From assembly GCA_021325515.1 (NCBI GenBank), contig JAJPHC010000054.1, positions 147,874 through 211,873 on the forward strand: a stretch of 64,000 nucleotides of DNA. The letters are read 5' to 3'. Numbering within the stretch: position 1 is the stretch's first letter; each line of letters starts with the position of its first letter. The DNA is from Acidobacteriota bacterium. GTDB taxonomy: Bacteria > Acidobacteriota > Thermoanaerobaculia > Gp7-AA8. Under the pieces are notes generated by a model. That model worked only from the letters and a program-made list of their open reading frames with translations, did no database searches and was not told where the DNA came from. Positions 18,809-28,250 of this stretch are shown piece by piece. A program made the translations under genes and the position numbers.

Positions 18809-20611
18809 ATGACCCGTGTTTGCGCCGTTCTCGTCACTCTCGCTATCGGCATTCCGGCGCTTGCACAGACCACGTACTACGTCAGTCCCGCGGGATCGGA
18901 CGCGAATACGGGAAAGTCTCGCGGCAGCGCGTGGCGCACGCTCACCCGCAGCGGCGAGTTGCGCGCGGGAGACCGGCTGCTGCTCGCCGGCGGCGCGACT
19001 TTCAACGGATCCATCCATCTGAAGGCATCGCAGATCGCGCTCGGCAGCTATGGCGCAGGACGCGCGACGATCGACTCGGGCGATGAGACCGCGATCGACG
19101 GAAGCGATCTCTCGAATCTGACGATCTCGAATCTCCGCCTGCGCGGCGCGAGCCTCGCGCACATGGTTCTGAATCGCAACGGCATCGACCTGACGAATCG
19201 AAACGGGCGCGCCCGTTCGATCCGCATCGAGAACGTCGAGATCACCGGATTCAGTTTTGCGGCGATTCAGGTGCAGGCCGGCGATCGCCTCACGGGCGTC
19301 GACGTCATCGCGATCGAGAATGCGCTCATTCACGAGATCGGTTACGCCGGCATCGTGATCGACTGCGACGAACCCGGAGCGTTCACCGATGTCAGCGTGC
19401 GCCACTCCGACATCGGCCCCATCACCGGCTACCGCAATTCGTATGGCGTCGTGGTCCAGGGCTCCGGCAGCGGCATCAGCGTCAAGGGAGCGTACGGCGG
19501 ATCGATCAGCGGGAACGTCGTCCACGACAGCGGCACGACGGCGGGCGGCGGAAATTTCGGGATCGAGATCATCCGCACGATCGGCATCGAGGTCGATTCG
19601 AACGAAGTTCGCAACATGCACAAGGACGACGTGCCGGGAGCGGTGGCCGGCGCGATCGACATCGACGGCGGAACGTCGGCCTCCGTTCGCTACAACTACA
19701 CGCACGACAACGATGGACCCGGCATCCGGCTCTGCTCATGCTCGGCCGCGCTGAAAGAGACCTTCGTTCATCACAACATCAGCCAGAACGATGGATCGCC
19801 GGCTGCGATCGACATCGAGGGAAGCATTTCATCGAGCGCGATCGTCGTGGCGCACAACACCGTCGAGGCGCGCAGCGGCACGGCTCTTCTGGTCACGGGC
19901 CTCACGAGCACGCTCGTCGCAAACAACCTGCTGCTCACGCACGGCGGCACGGCGGCAGACATCGTCAGCGGCACGACGATGAAGGCGAACGATTACTACG
20001 ACTATGCCGGTGCGCCGCGCCTCGTCATGAACGGCAGCGCGTCGTCATCGCTCGCCGGATGGGGACAGGATTCGCTGGGCCTCTCGGCCGATCCGCAACT
20101 CATCGGAGGCGCCGGCGGTGCTTTGCTCCCGTCAGCGTCGCTCAGCGATCTCAACGCATTCCGCATCACACCGAACTCGCCGCTGATCGACAAGGCAATC
20201 GATCTTCAGCCGTCCGGCTACAGCATCGGGCCTCGCGATTTCTTCGGCGGGGAGAGCGCGACACTGTTCGGAAGCGACATCGGTGCGTACGAGTACAGGC
20301 CGGACCCGTATCCGCCTTCCATCGATCCGGTTGCATCGCAGGCGGTCATCGCCGGTGACACGCAGGATGTCGATGTCTGGTTCCATGACGCCGACGGCAC
20401 GAGCGGACTGGTGCTGTCTCTTGTGAATCCTCCCGCGGGCGTCACGCTGCGGCGCGCCGGCGGCGAGCACGCGATCGTGACCCTCGCCCCGCTGTCGGCG
20501 GGCAAGGCCACGGTGACCGTGCGAGTGAAAGACGAGAGCGGATTTGCGGACGAGGTCTCGTTCGCGGTCACCGCGACGGGCGGATCTCGCGTACGCGCCG
20601 TACGCCACTGA
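18809..20611 (+). CDS. secreted right-handed parallel beta-helix repeat protein (pectate-lyase-like fold)
   Basis: Signal peptide (MTRVCAVLVTLAIGIPALA). Repeated G-rich N.V..N/ISGN motifs typical of beta-helix proteins. Confidence 0.7.
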   Translation: MTRVCAVLVTLAIGIPALAQTTYYVSPAGSDANTGKSRGSAWRTLTRSGELRAGDRLLLAGGATFNGSIHLKASQIALGSYGAGRATIDSGDETAIDGSDLSNLTISNLRLRGASLAHMVLNRNGIDLTNRNGRARSIRIENVEITGFSFAAIQVQAGDRLTGVDVIAIENALIHEIGYAGIVIDCDEPGAFTDVSVRHSDIGPITGYRNSYGVVVQGSGSGISVKGAYGGSISGNVVHDSGTTAGGGNFGIEIIRTIGIEVDSNEVRNMHKDDVPGAVAGAIDIDGGTSASVRYNYTHDNDGPGIRLCSCSAALKETFVHHNISQNDGSPAAIDIEGSISSSAIVVAHNTVEARSGTALLVTGLTSTLVANNLLLTHGGTAADIVSGTTMKANDYYDYAGAPRLVMNGSASSSLAGWGQDSLGLSADPQLIGGAGGALLPSASLSDLNAFRITPNSPLIDKAIDLQPSGYSIGPRDFFGGESATLFGSDIGAYEYRPDPYPPSIDPVASQAVIAGDTQDVDVWFHDADGTSGLVLSLVNPPAGVTLRRAGGEHAIVTLAPLSAGKATVTVRVKDESGFADEVSFAVTATGGSRVRAVRH

Positions 20612-20614
20612 GGC

Positions 20615-21166
20615 TCAACGCCAGGTGAAGTCCCAGCGGCACTCCTCGGCGCCTTCCGCCTTGCACGAGTGGAGCATGCGGCCTTCCTTGGCACCCGCGC
20701 GCTCCGCGATCAACTCGAACCAGCCGGTGATCCGGCCACATCCGGCGATGTTCGATGGGAAGTCGCGCACGTGAAAAACGGCGCGGCTCGGCATGATGTC
20801 GACGCTCACCGATCCGCCGTCATACACGCGCGTCCAGACGAACGGAGCCTTCTTGAGAACCGCCTCGAGCGACAGAACCGCGAGCACGAAGCGATACACC
20901 GACTTCAGCCCGACCTCCGCGCCGAACCGTCCCGCACGTTTCGCGAATGTCTTCACCGGTTCCTTCTTCGCTTCTGCAGCGTACTCGGTGAAGCGATTCA
21001 CGATCGCCAGAGGAACGACCTCGTGCGCGAGCAGATGTCCGGTGAAGTAGCGCGCGTCGCCGCCCATCTTCTCCAGCACTCCGCGCAACTGCTCCGGCGT
21101 GAGCTCACCGGAGACGAACTGAAAGAGACCATTGACAGGTACAGCTTTCACGTGGATCTCGGGCAT
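20615..21166 (-). CDS. hypothetical protein (183 aa), possibly DUF2378/TIGR02265-like
   Basis: Coherent ORF last in the nuoAEF-cytochrome c string. The family assignment is from memory only. Confidence 0.5.
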   Translation of the reverse strand: MPEIHVKAVPVNGLFQFVSGELTPEQLRGVLEKMGGDARYFTGHLLAHEVVPLAIVNRFTEYAAEAKKEPVKTFAKRAGRFGAEVGLKSVYRFVLAVLSLEAVLKKAPFVWTRVYDGGSVSVDIMPSRAVFHVRDFPSNIAGCGRITGWFELIAERAGAKEGRMLHSCKAEGAEECRWDFTWR

Positions 21167-21224
21167 GGAGAAATAGTACGCCGTTTCCCTGTGAAGTGCG
21201 GACGTATCGTCCGCATCCGCTCCG

Positions 21225-21650
21225 TCAGTGGCCCGGCTGCTCGTCCAGGTTGATCGCCGGCACCTCGGGAATCACTTTCCCGCGATGGCACGTCATGCAG
21301 ACGACATCCTGCTTGCGGTCCTTGATCGTCGAGATGTAGTCGCCGTTGATCTTCTTCACCATCCGCAGCATCGTGCGTGCGATCTTCTTCTCCGGCTTCG
21401 CATCGTTCGGAAAGTCGAACTCCGGCTTCGGGCTCTCCGCCGTCTGCACGTGGCAGTGATTGCAGCGGACGCCGAGCGAGCGGGCAATCGTCCGCATGTT
21501 GCGGATCAGCTCTTCACGCGGGATGTTCTGCGGGAACACCTGCAGGTTGTGGAAATGAAGGTCGTCCGGTTTTGCCGGCTCAGCCTTCTGTTTCTGGATC
21601 GTCGTACAGCCGAAGAGAATGGCGAGTGCAAGAACGATCGAGCGTCGCAT
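21225..21650 (-). CDS. diheme c-type cytochrome lipoprotein
   Basis: Lipoprotein signal (LAILFGCTT). Two CxxCH motifs (CNHCH, CMTCH). Confidence 0.75.
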   Translation of the reverse strand: MRRSIVLALAILFGCTTIQKQKAEPAKPDDLHFHNLQVFPQNIPREELIRNMRTIARSLGVRCNHCHVQTAESPKPEFDFPNDAKPEKKIARTMLRMVKKINGDYISTIKDRKQDVVCMTCHRGKVIPEVPAINLDEQPGH

Positions 21651-21659
21651 CCGCGAATG

Positions 21660-22970
21660 CTAATGCACAGCCATCGCCACATCGAGACGGCGATACCGCG
21701 TCGTGCCCGGCAGGCAGCTCTTGTGCTCGACGTGATACAGGTACTCGTCGCGGAACTTCTTCACGCTCGAGATCACCGGACCGATTGCGGCGTCGCCCAG
21801 TGCGCAGAGCGACTTGCCGCCGATGTTGTCGGCCATGTCGAGCAGCAGATCCGCGTCCTGCTGGCGGCCATGTCCGCGCTCCAGCCGGTCGAGCACCGTC
21901 TCCATCCAGTTGGTTCCTTCACGGCACGGCGTGCACTGCCCGCAGGATTCATGTGCGAAGAACTTCGCGAGACGCCACACGGCGTCGACGATGCACATCG
22001 ACTCGTCGATCACGATGATTCCCGCCGAGCCGAGCATCGATCCGGCCTTCATGACCGCATCGAAGTTCAGCGGAAGATCGAGCTCGTCCGCCGTCAGCAT
22101 CGGCGCGGAAGCACCGCCGGGAATCACGGCCTTCACCTTGCGATCGCCGGTGATGCCGCCGCAGTGCTCGTAGATCAGCTCCTTGAGGGAGATGCCCATC
22201 GGGAACTCGTAGACACCCGGCTTCTTCACCGCGCCCGAAACGCAGTAGAGCTTCGGCCCGGTGTTCTTCGGGCTGCCAAAGCCTTTGAACCATTCCGCGC
22301 CGTTGTTGATGATCAGCGGCACGCAGGCCAGTGTCTCGACGTTGTTGACGACCGTCGGTCCGCCGAACACGCCGACGACCGCGGGGAAGGGCGGCTTCAC
22401 GCGCGGCTGGCCGCGATGTCCTTCGACGGACTCGATGAGTCCCGTCTCTTCGCCGCAGATGTACGCACCCGCGCCGCGATGCACGGTGATGTCGAAGTCG
22501 AATCCGCTTCCGAAAATATTCTTGCCGAGGAAGCCCTTGGCGCGCGCTTCTTCGAGAGCTTTGTCGAGAACGGTTGCGCCGAAGTAGAACTCACCGCGGA
22601 TGTAGATGTACGACATCGGACAGGAGCCGATCGCGTACGCGGAGATGATCATCCCTTCGATCAGCAGATGCGGATCGCGCTCGATGATCACGCGGTCCTT
22701 GAAGGTACCCGGCTCCGACTCGTCGGCATTGCAGAGGAGATACGTCGGACGCGGCGCGTTCTTCGGCACGAACGACCACTTCATGCCGGTGGGAAAGCCT
22801 GCGCCTCCCCTTCCACGAAGCTCGGAGTCTTTCACGATCTGCGTGACTTCCTCCGGCTTCATCTTCAATGCTTTTTCAGCGGCCTTGTAGCCGCCGCCGG
22901 CGAGATAGACATCGATCGATGCCGAGTTCGGCTTGTCGATGTTGGCGGTGAGGACTTTGATTGGTTCCAT
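21660..22970 (-). CDS. nuoF: NADH-quinone oxidoreductase subunit F
   Basis: GGAGFPTGMKWSF FMN/NADH-binding motifs. C-terminal 4Fe-4S cysteines (ESCGQCTPCREG). Confidence 0.95.
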   Translation of the reverse strand: MEPIKVLTANIDKPNSASIDVYLAGGGYKAAEKALKMKPEEVTQIVKDSELRGRGGAGFPTGMKWSFVPKNAPRPTYLLCNADESEPGTFKDRVIIERDPHLLIEGMIISAYAIGSCPMSYIYIRGEFYFGATVLDKALEEARAKGFLGKNIFGSGFDFDITVHRGAGAYICGEETGLIESVEGHRGQPRVKPPFPAVVGVFGGPTVVNNVETLACVPLIINNGAEWFKGFGSPKNTGPKLYCVSGAVKKPGVYEFPMGISLKELIYEHCGGITGDRKVKAVIPGGASAPMLTADELDLPLNFDAVMKAGSMLGSAGIIVIDESMCIVDAVWRLAKFFAHESCGQCTPCREGTNWMETVLDRLERGHGRQQDADLLLDMADNIGGKSLCALGDAAIGPVISSVKKFRDEYLYHVEHKSCLPGTTRYRRLDVAMAVH

Positions 22971-23501
22971 TTACTTGAGCGTCTTCAGCAGCGCGTCGAC
23001 TTTCTCGACGGTCATGTTCTCGTGGTAGTCGTTGTTGATCTGCACGACCGGTGCGGTGCCGCAGGAGCCGAGGCACTCGACTTCCGTGATCGTGAATTTA
23101 CCGTCCGGCGTCGTCTGGCCCGGCTGCACGTTCATCTTCTCGCACAGGCCTTCGTAGATGTCGTACGCACGGCCGATCATGCACGACAGATTCGTGCAGA
23201 CCTGGACGTGGTACTTCCCGACGGGCTTCTGGTTGTACATGTTGTAGAACGACACGACACCGAAAACCGTCGCCGGCGAAAGATCGAGCAGTCCGCCGAT
23301 GTAGTGGACGGCTTCCGGAGAAATCCATCCCCACTCTTCCTGTGCGAGATGCAGCACCGGAAGCAGCGCCGCCTCTTTGTTGGGGTATCTCGTCAGCAGA
23401 TAGTCGAACTTCTTCTTCGCCTCGGGCGAGAACTCGACTTTCTTCGCGGGATCCGCGAAGCGTTCAGGGGCATATGCACTATCGGGGTGGAGCTCAGCCA
23501 T
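22971..23501 (-). CDS. nuoE: NADH-quinone oxidoreductase subunit E
   Basis: Thioredoxin-like 2Fe-2S motifs (CTNLSC...CLGSCGTAP). Confidence 0.9.
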   Translation of the reverse strand: MAELHPDSAYAPERFADPAKKVEFSPEAKKKFDYLLTRYPNKEAALLPVLHLAQEEWGWISPEAVHYIGGLLDLSPATVFGVVSFYNMYNQKPVGKYHVQVCTNLSCMIGRAYDIYEGLCEKMNVQPGQTTPDGKFTITEVECLGSCGTAPVVQINNDYHENMTVEKVDALLKTLK

Positions 23502-23504
23502 CGA

Positions 23505-23897
23505 TCATTTCCAGTCAAACGCCTTCTTCTTCCAGACGTAGGCATAGCCGACGGCGAGCAGCACGATGAACAGCAGCATCTCGCCGAAGAGGAACATCCC
23601 GGCATTTCCGTACGTAGCCCGGCGATAGATCACCGCCCACGGATAGAGAAACGCGGCTTCGATGTCGAACAGGATGAACAACATCGCAATCTGGTAGAAG
23701 CGCACGTTGACGCGCTTTCTATTGGTGTCGAGCAGCGGCACGCCGCTCTCGTAGGGAGCGAGCTTCGACGGCGTCCGCTGATGACGGCCGATGACCCAGT
23801 TGAGACTGAGAAACACCACACCGAGCCCGACAGCCACGATGAGCAGGAGAAGGACGGGGACAAAGCTCGTGGTCATAAAACGGGCGCATGCTACCAA
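23505..23897 (-). CDS. nuoA: NADH-quinone oxidoreductase subunit A (start may be internal Met at 23876)
   Basis: 3-TM protein with conserved YESG.P and FDIE..FLYPWA motifs. Confidence 0.85.
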   Translation of the reverse strand: MVACARFMTTSFVPVLLLLIVAVGLGVVFLSLNWVIGRHQRTPSKLAPYESGVPLLDTNRKRVNVRFYQIAMLFILFDIEAAFLYPWAVIYRRATYGNAGMFLFGEMLLFIVLLAVGYAYVWKKKAFDWK

Positions 23898-23984
23898 AGG
23901 ATGGGGTCAGGTCGAAACTCGAAACATCACGCGAGGTGATGCGGAGGCCAGCCGGAGGCCGATCACCGGCTGGCCTCCACCGTC

Positions 23985-26900
23985 TCACTGTCCGTTCACC
24001 GGATTCGGCGCCGCCGCCGGCGCGCCCGTGTTTGCGACCTGGCCGCCGACCGTATCGCGATGGAACAACGCAGGTCCGATCCCCGCGCCCCAGCGCAGCG
24101 CCAGCGTGCCGGTGTAGCTCCGCGTCATCTGGTGGGAGGACGCTGCGAATGAGCTCTCGCTTCGATTGCGGTTCCAGTTCGAAGAAAGCTGCAGCGAAGC
24201 GATGGAGCTCAGCCACACCGGATGCCAGTCGACCAGACCCGAATACTGTTCGCTCGTGTTCTCCGTCTTCCGCAGGTCGTTGCGCATCTTCGTGAACGTC
24301 ACGCGCGGCTGGAGGGAGAGATGGAGCGCCGGAACTGCGTAGACCGGCTGCAATCCGAAGTTGAACGTGTCGGTCTTCCCTACGGTTGCCTGAACGCCTT
24401 CCGAGCTCGTCGCGCTCAGGTTCGCCGACAGGTTGAAGTTCGTGAAGAGTGCACCGCCGCCGGTCAGCGAAACGGAATTCGTGTCGTTCTTCGCCGTCGC
24501 ATGAATGTGATCGCGCAACTGCTGATGCGCGACACTCTGCGAGAAGCTGAAGCGGCCGGCGGTCTCGCTCAGCGACAGCGTGACACCCGCCTGCTGCCGG
24601 TCGGTGGCAGGGAGAAAGCGCGTCTTGTCGGGCGTTCCCTGATCATCGTTGTGATTGCCCGACAGCGAGAAGTTCGCACGGCTGCCGAGGCGATGGTTGT
24701 AGGTGAGATTGACGCCGGTCGCGCTGCTGTGCGACGTGGGACGCGATTGCTCCTGGCGGCGGAGCTGCGCGGAGAGCGTGCCGCCGGCGATCATCTTCGT
24801 CAGCGAGAGATCTGCGCCGGTCCGATCGGGAATGCCGCCATACGTGAAGCCGCGATTCGCCGGATTCACGAATCCGGAGTCGGTGTGGTTCAGATTGAGG
24901 CGATAGGTGAACGTCTGCCTGCTGCCGCTGATGCCGAGTCTGTAGGCGCTGCCATTGCGATTCTGCGTCCGGTCGGAAGTCATCTCGAGCTTTCCGCGCG
25001 CCGCTTCTGCGAGGATCTCGAAGCGCGGCGTGACCTTGAATCGCGTGAAGAATCCGAGTGAGCGTCCCGTCGACGCAGGCGCGTAGGCGGTGGCCAGATC
25101 TTCGACGCGCAATCCGAGAATCTTGAAGGTCAGCCGCTTCGTCCGCGGCAACTCGAAGGCGGCTGCTTCCACTTTCTGCCGCGTTGAGAACTCGCCCGGA
25201 ATCACACCCGATAAAAGCGAGTCGAACGTCGAGTAGTACGAGAGCGTGCCGAACCGGGTGCCGGCTTTGGCCAGCGCTCCGCCCTGCGAGAACGAAGCAT
25301 TGATGTACTGCGACTCTGCGAAGAACGCCGGCGGCGCATACCCGACGACTGCCTCGGGCCTGATCAACGAAGTGGATTTCGCAGCGTTGCCGAAGTTCGC
25401 GATCCAGTTGCGGCTCGACTTCGCCGTGAAATGTTCGCCGTACAGATTCACGCCATTGAGATCCGTCGTGTACTTCAGAGCCGCCGGCGCCATGCCGAGA
25501 TCCGCCTGACTCGAGACCTGCACGATCCCCTGCTGATCGGACGCATGCTCGGTGTACGTCGACGTCACGCTGGGAACGATCAGCCAGTCGCGGCGGAATG
25601 GATTCTTCTTCGCAACGACGTTCGACGGCCCGGCGTCCGCATCGACATCACCGGACAGCTCCGCACCGGCCAGCGATGCCGTCTGCACCGGCGCGTGCGC
25701 GCGGCGGACGGCGGAGCTGAGCGGAATCGGCAGAGGCGCCCAATCGCTCCACTTGATGTCGTCGAAGTCGCCCGCGTACTTCGCCTTCACTCTCCAGCGG
25801 AACGTGCTTGCGCGCAGCGCCGAGAGTTGATCGGCGGTCACGACATCGTTGTCGCCCGGCGTGTCGCGCGTCGTCAGCGAGACGAGATCGAGATCGATCT
25901 CTCCACGATGCGTGTCATACGCCTCGCACGAAATACCGTTGCGCAATTCCTCTTCCGAGCAGGCACCGACATGCTTGAAGGTATGGCCGTCCTTTTCGAT
26001 CTCCACCGTGTAGCCGATCGCTCCCGGAACGAGCGACCAGCGCAACGTGATCGGCGAGCTTCCGTCGCTTTGATCGGCCGACGCAGTCGGTGATGCAGGC
26101 GCTCCCGCTGCGGCGGCGCTGAGGTCCGGCAGCGGACCGAGAACCGTGAGATCGCTCGCACACGGCACGGCCGACATCAGCAGTTCGACTTCTGCGAAAC
26201 GCGCGAGAGCCGGCTGATCGATGACGAGCCGCAAACGATGGATACCTGCCGAAGCGCGTGGCACCGGCATCTTCGCATCCACAGGTGTCGGCTCCCCTGC
26301 CTGCACGGTCAATGTGAATGTGCTGAACGGAGTGAATGAGCCTCCATCTTCGATCTCCCAGTGTCCGGAGATCGTTCCCGTTCCGCTCGTGGCCACGATG
26401 CCATGCGCATAGACCTCGGAGTTGCCATCGAGGCACTTTCCGGAGAGCGGCGAGAGAATCGCGGCGCCGGTGACGCCGAGAGGCGCACCGATCGAGCCGC
26501 TGTCGTAGACGAAGAAATCGAGCGATGAAGAGCTGGGGCCGTTCGGCGGATCGTTCTGAATCCGGATCGAGTAGCGCCCCGCAGGCGTGCCGGGCTTCGC
26601 GCGGACGATCGCGCTGGCGAGTGTGCCCGGAACGAGCACCATCGACGACTCGACTGTGATGCGCGGATCGCTCGTGATGACACGCACGCTGCTCGCGAAA
26701 TTCTGCCCGGAGAGAAGAACCGTGCTCGCTGCGGCACCGCTCACGATGCCGTCCGGTGCGATGGCAGTCAGCACCGGCGCATTCCCCGCCGCCGCCGGTT
26801 GCACATTGACGGAGAGCGCAACGCTCTGCTGTTTGTTGAGCGACGGCGCCGACGCGGTGATGGTGATCAGCGCCAGCGAGGCGGCAGAGAGATTCGGCGC

Positions 26901-28136
26901 GGCAGTCACGACGACCGTGCGAGTGCTCTCGCCGCTTCCCAGCGTGCTCGACGGAGTGAACTGAACCTGAACGTCCGGAGAAGAGCTCGTTGCGGTGAGG
27001 TCGACCGGGCCGTTGAAACCGTTGAGCCTCGTCAGCGTGAGCAGCGACGTCGCTGATGCGCCGCTGCGGACCGTGAGCGCCGGCGGCGCGAGTGCGACAT
27101 TGAAGTCACCCGCCGGTTGCGCGGCGTTGATCGTGATCGCAAGTGGAACACTCTTCGGCGCACCCGGGCCCGACTGCGCAGTGAACGCCGCATTCACGAC
27201 TCCCGCCGCTGCACTCGATTGGGCGCTGACGTTGATGGAGTGCGTCTGTCCCGCGCTCAGCGTGAATTGCGACTCGCTGAAGGTCACGCCGGGAATCGCA
27301 GGCGCCGTCACCGTGATCTGGCCGCTGAACCCATTGATGCCGGTCGCGCTGAAGAGAATCGGAACGACGGCTCCGCCGGCAGTCAGACTGATCGACGGGG
27401 GCGCAACCGACACGGTGAAGTCCGGCTGTGCGGGAGGCGCGGTCACCATGACGACGATGCTGTGCGTCAGCGTCGTGGAACCGCCGGTCGCGGTGATGTT
27501 GATGCTCGTCGAGCTCCCGACAGGCGCGTTCGCGGGGATGGAAATCGTGAAGTCGATATTCGGATACGGCGCGGAGATCGTCTGTGCCGGCTTGTCGATC
27601 GGATAGCCGGATGGATTGTCGAACTGGTAGTTGATCGGCGAGGTGAAGCCGGAGTCCGCCGTCGTGGAGAGGATGAACTTCTGCGACGTGCCCGCCTGAA
27701 TGTTGATGGGACTCGTCTCGGGATTGAGCGTGAATGAGAAGGCGCCCGCGACGTCGAGCGTCAGGTTGTACGCCGTGTTGAGCGTGCCCCCGATCGCACG
27801 CACCGGAAACGTATACCTCCCGGGCACTGCCGACGCCGTTGCGCGAAACGTGAACGTCAGATCGGGATATGTCCCGTCACCCTGCTTGTTCGTCGTCAGA
27901 TTGCTCTGATCGACGATGATCCCGCTGGGCGGTTGCGGCGCGTAGGTAATCGACGAGTCTGTGCAACCCGAGCTCGTGCTGACCACGACGTTGACGAAGT
28001 TGCCGAAGTTCGGCTTCAGCACTCCCGGAGCGGGAAGATTCGGCGTCAGTGTTGCCGTGCATTGTGCATACGCACCCGTGGCGATGAAGAGCACGGCGAC
28101 CACCGAGCAGACAGCGAGAGAACGAGCCAGACGCAT
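23985..28136 (-). CDS. 1383-aa secreted protein: signal peptide, multiple Ig-like/Big-like repeat domains, C-terminal putative outer-membrane beta-barrel-like domain
   Basis: Signal peptide MRLARSLAVCSVVAVLFIATGAYA. Repeated roughly 90-100-aa S/T/A/V-rich beta-sandwich-like units. The C-terminal roughly 550 aa shows alternating hydrophobic dyad patterns (e.g. RFSFSQSVAH, TLALRWGAG) typical of beta-barrel strands. Confidence 0.8.
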   Translation of the reverse strand: MRLARSLAVCSVVAVLFIATGAYAQCTATLTPNLPAPGVLKPNFGNFVNVVVSTSSGCTDSSITYAPQPPSGIIVDQSNLTTNKQGDGTYPDLTFTFRATASAVPGRYTFPVRAIGGTLNTAYNLTLDVAGAFSFTLNPETSPINIQAGTSQKFILSTTADSGFTSPINYQFDNPSGYPIDKPAQTISAPYPNIDFTISIPANAPVGSSTSINITATGGSTTLTHSIVVMVTAPPAQPDFTVSVAPPSISLTAGGAVVPILFSATGINGFSGQITVTAPAIPGVTFSESQFTLSAGQTHSINVSAQSSAAAGVVNAAFTAQSGPGAPKSVPLAITINAAQPAGDFNVALAPPALTVRSGASATSLLTLTRLNGFNGPVDLTATSSSPDVQVQFTPSSTLGSGESTRTVVVTAAPNLSAASLALITITASAPSLNKQQSVALSVNVQPAAAGNAPVLTAIAPDGIVSGAAASTVLLSGQNFASSVRVITSDPRITVESSMVLVPGTLASAIVRAKPGTPAGRYSIRIQNDPPNGPSSSSLDFFVYDSGSIGAPLGVTGAAILSPLSGKCLDGNSEVYAHGIVATSGTGTISGHWEIEDGGSFTPFSTFTLTVQAGEPTPVDAKMPVPRASAGIHRLRLVIDQPALARFAEVELLMSAVPCASDLTVLGPLPDLSAAAAGAPASPTASADQSDGSSPITLRWSLVPGAIGYTVEIEKDGHTFKHVGACSEEELRNGISCEAYDTHRGEIDLDLVSLTTRDTPGDNDVVTADQLSALRASTFRWRVKAKYAGDFDDIKWSDWAPLPIPLSSAVRRAHAPVQTASLAGAELSGDVDADAGPSNVVAKKNPFRRDWLIVPSVTSTYTEHASDQQGIVQVSSQADLGMAPAALKYTTDLNGVNLYGEHFTAKSSRNWIANFGNAAKSTSLIRPEAVVGYAPPAFFAESQYINASFSQGGALAKAGTRFGTLSYYSTFDSLLSGVIPGEFSTRQKVEAAAFELPRTKRLTFKILGLRVEDLATAYAPASTGRSLGFFTRFKVTPRFEILAEAARGKLEMTSDRTQNRNGSAYRLGISGSRQTFTYRLNLNHTDSGFVNPANRGFTYGGIPDRTGADLSLTKMIAGGTLSAQLRRQEQSRPTSHSSATGVNLTYNHRLGSRANFSLSGNHNDDQGTPDKTRFLPATDRQQAGVTLSLSETAGRFSFSQSVAHQQLRDHIHATAKNDTNSVSLTGGGALFTNFNLSANLSATSSEGVQATVGKTDTFNFGLQPVYAVPALHLSLQPRVTFTKMRNDLRKTENTSEQYSGLVDWHPVWLSSIASLQLSSNWNRNRSESSFAASSHQMTRSYTGTLALRWGAGIGPALFHRDTVGGQVANTGAPAAAPNPVNGQ

Positions 28137-28250
28137 GACGTCTCCTTATGTGGGGTTACTTGTCTCTCTACGCGCAGGGAGTCGCGAAGAGGGGCCAGAC
28201 AAAAACGCCGCACGAATTCGTGCGGCGTTTTCAAATCCGGAAAGAGCGGG

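Noticed and set aside
21228-23939. 903-aa plus-strand ORF antisense to nuoF-nuoE-nuoA
   Set aside because: It spans three well-supported nuo genes on the other strand. This is a typical high-GC stop-free antisense frame.
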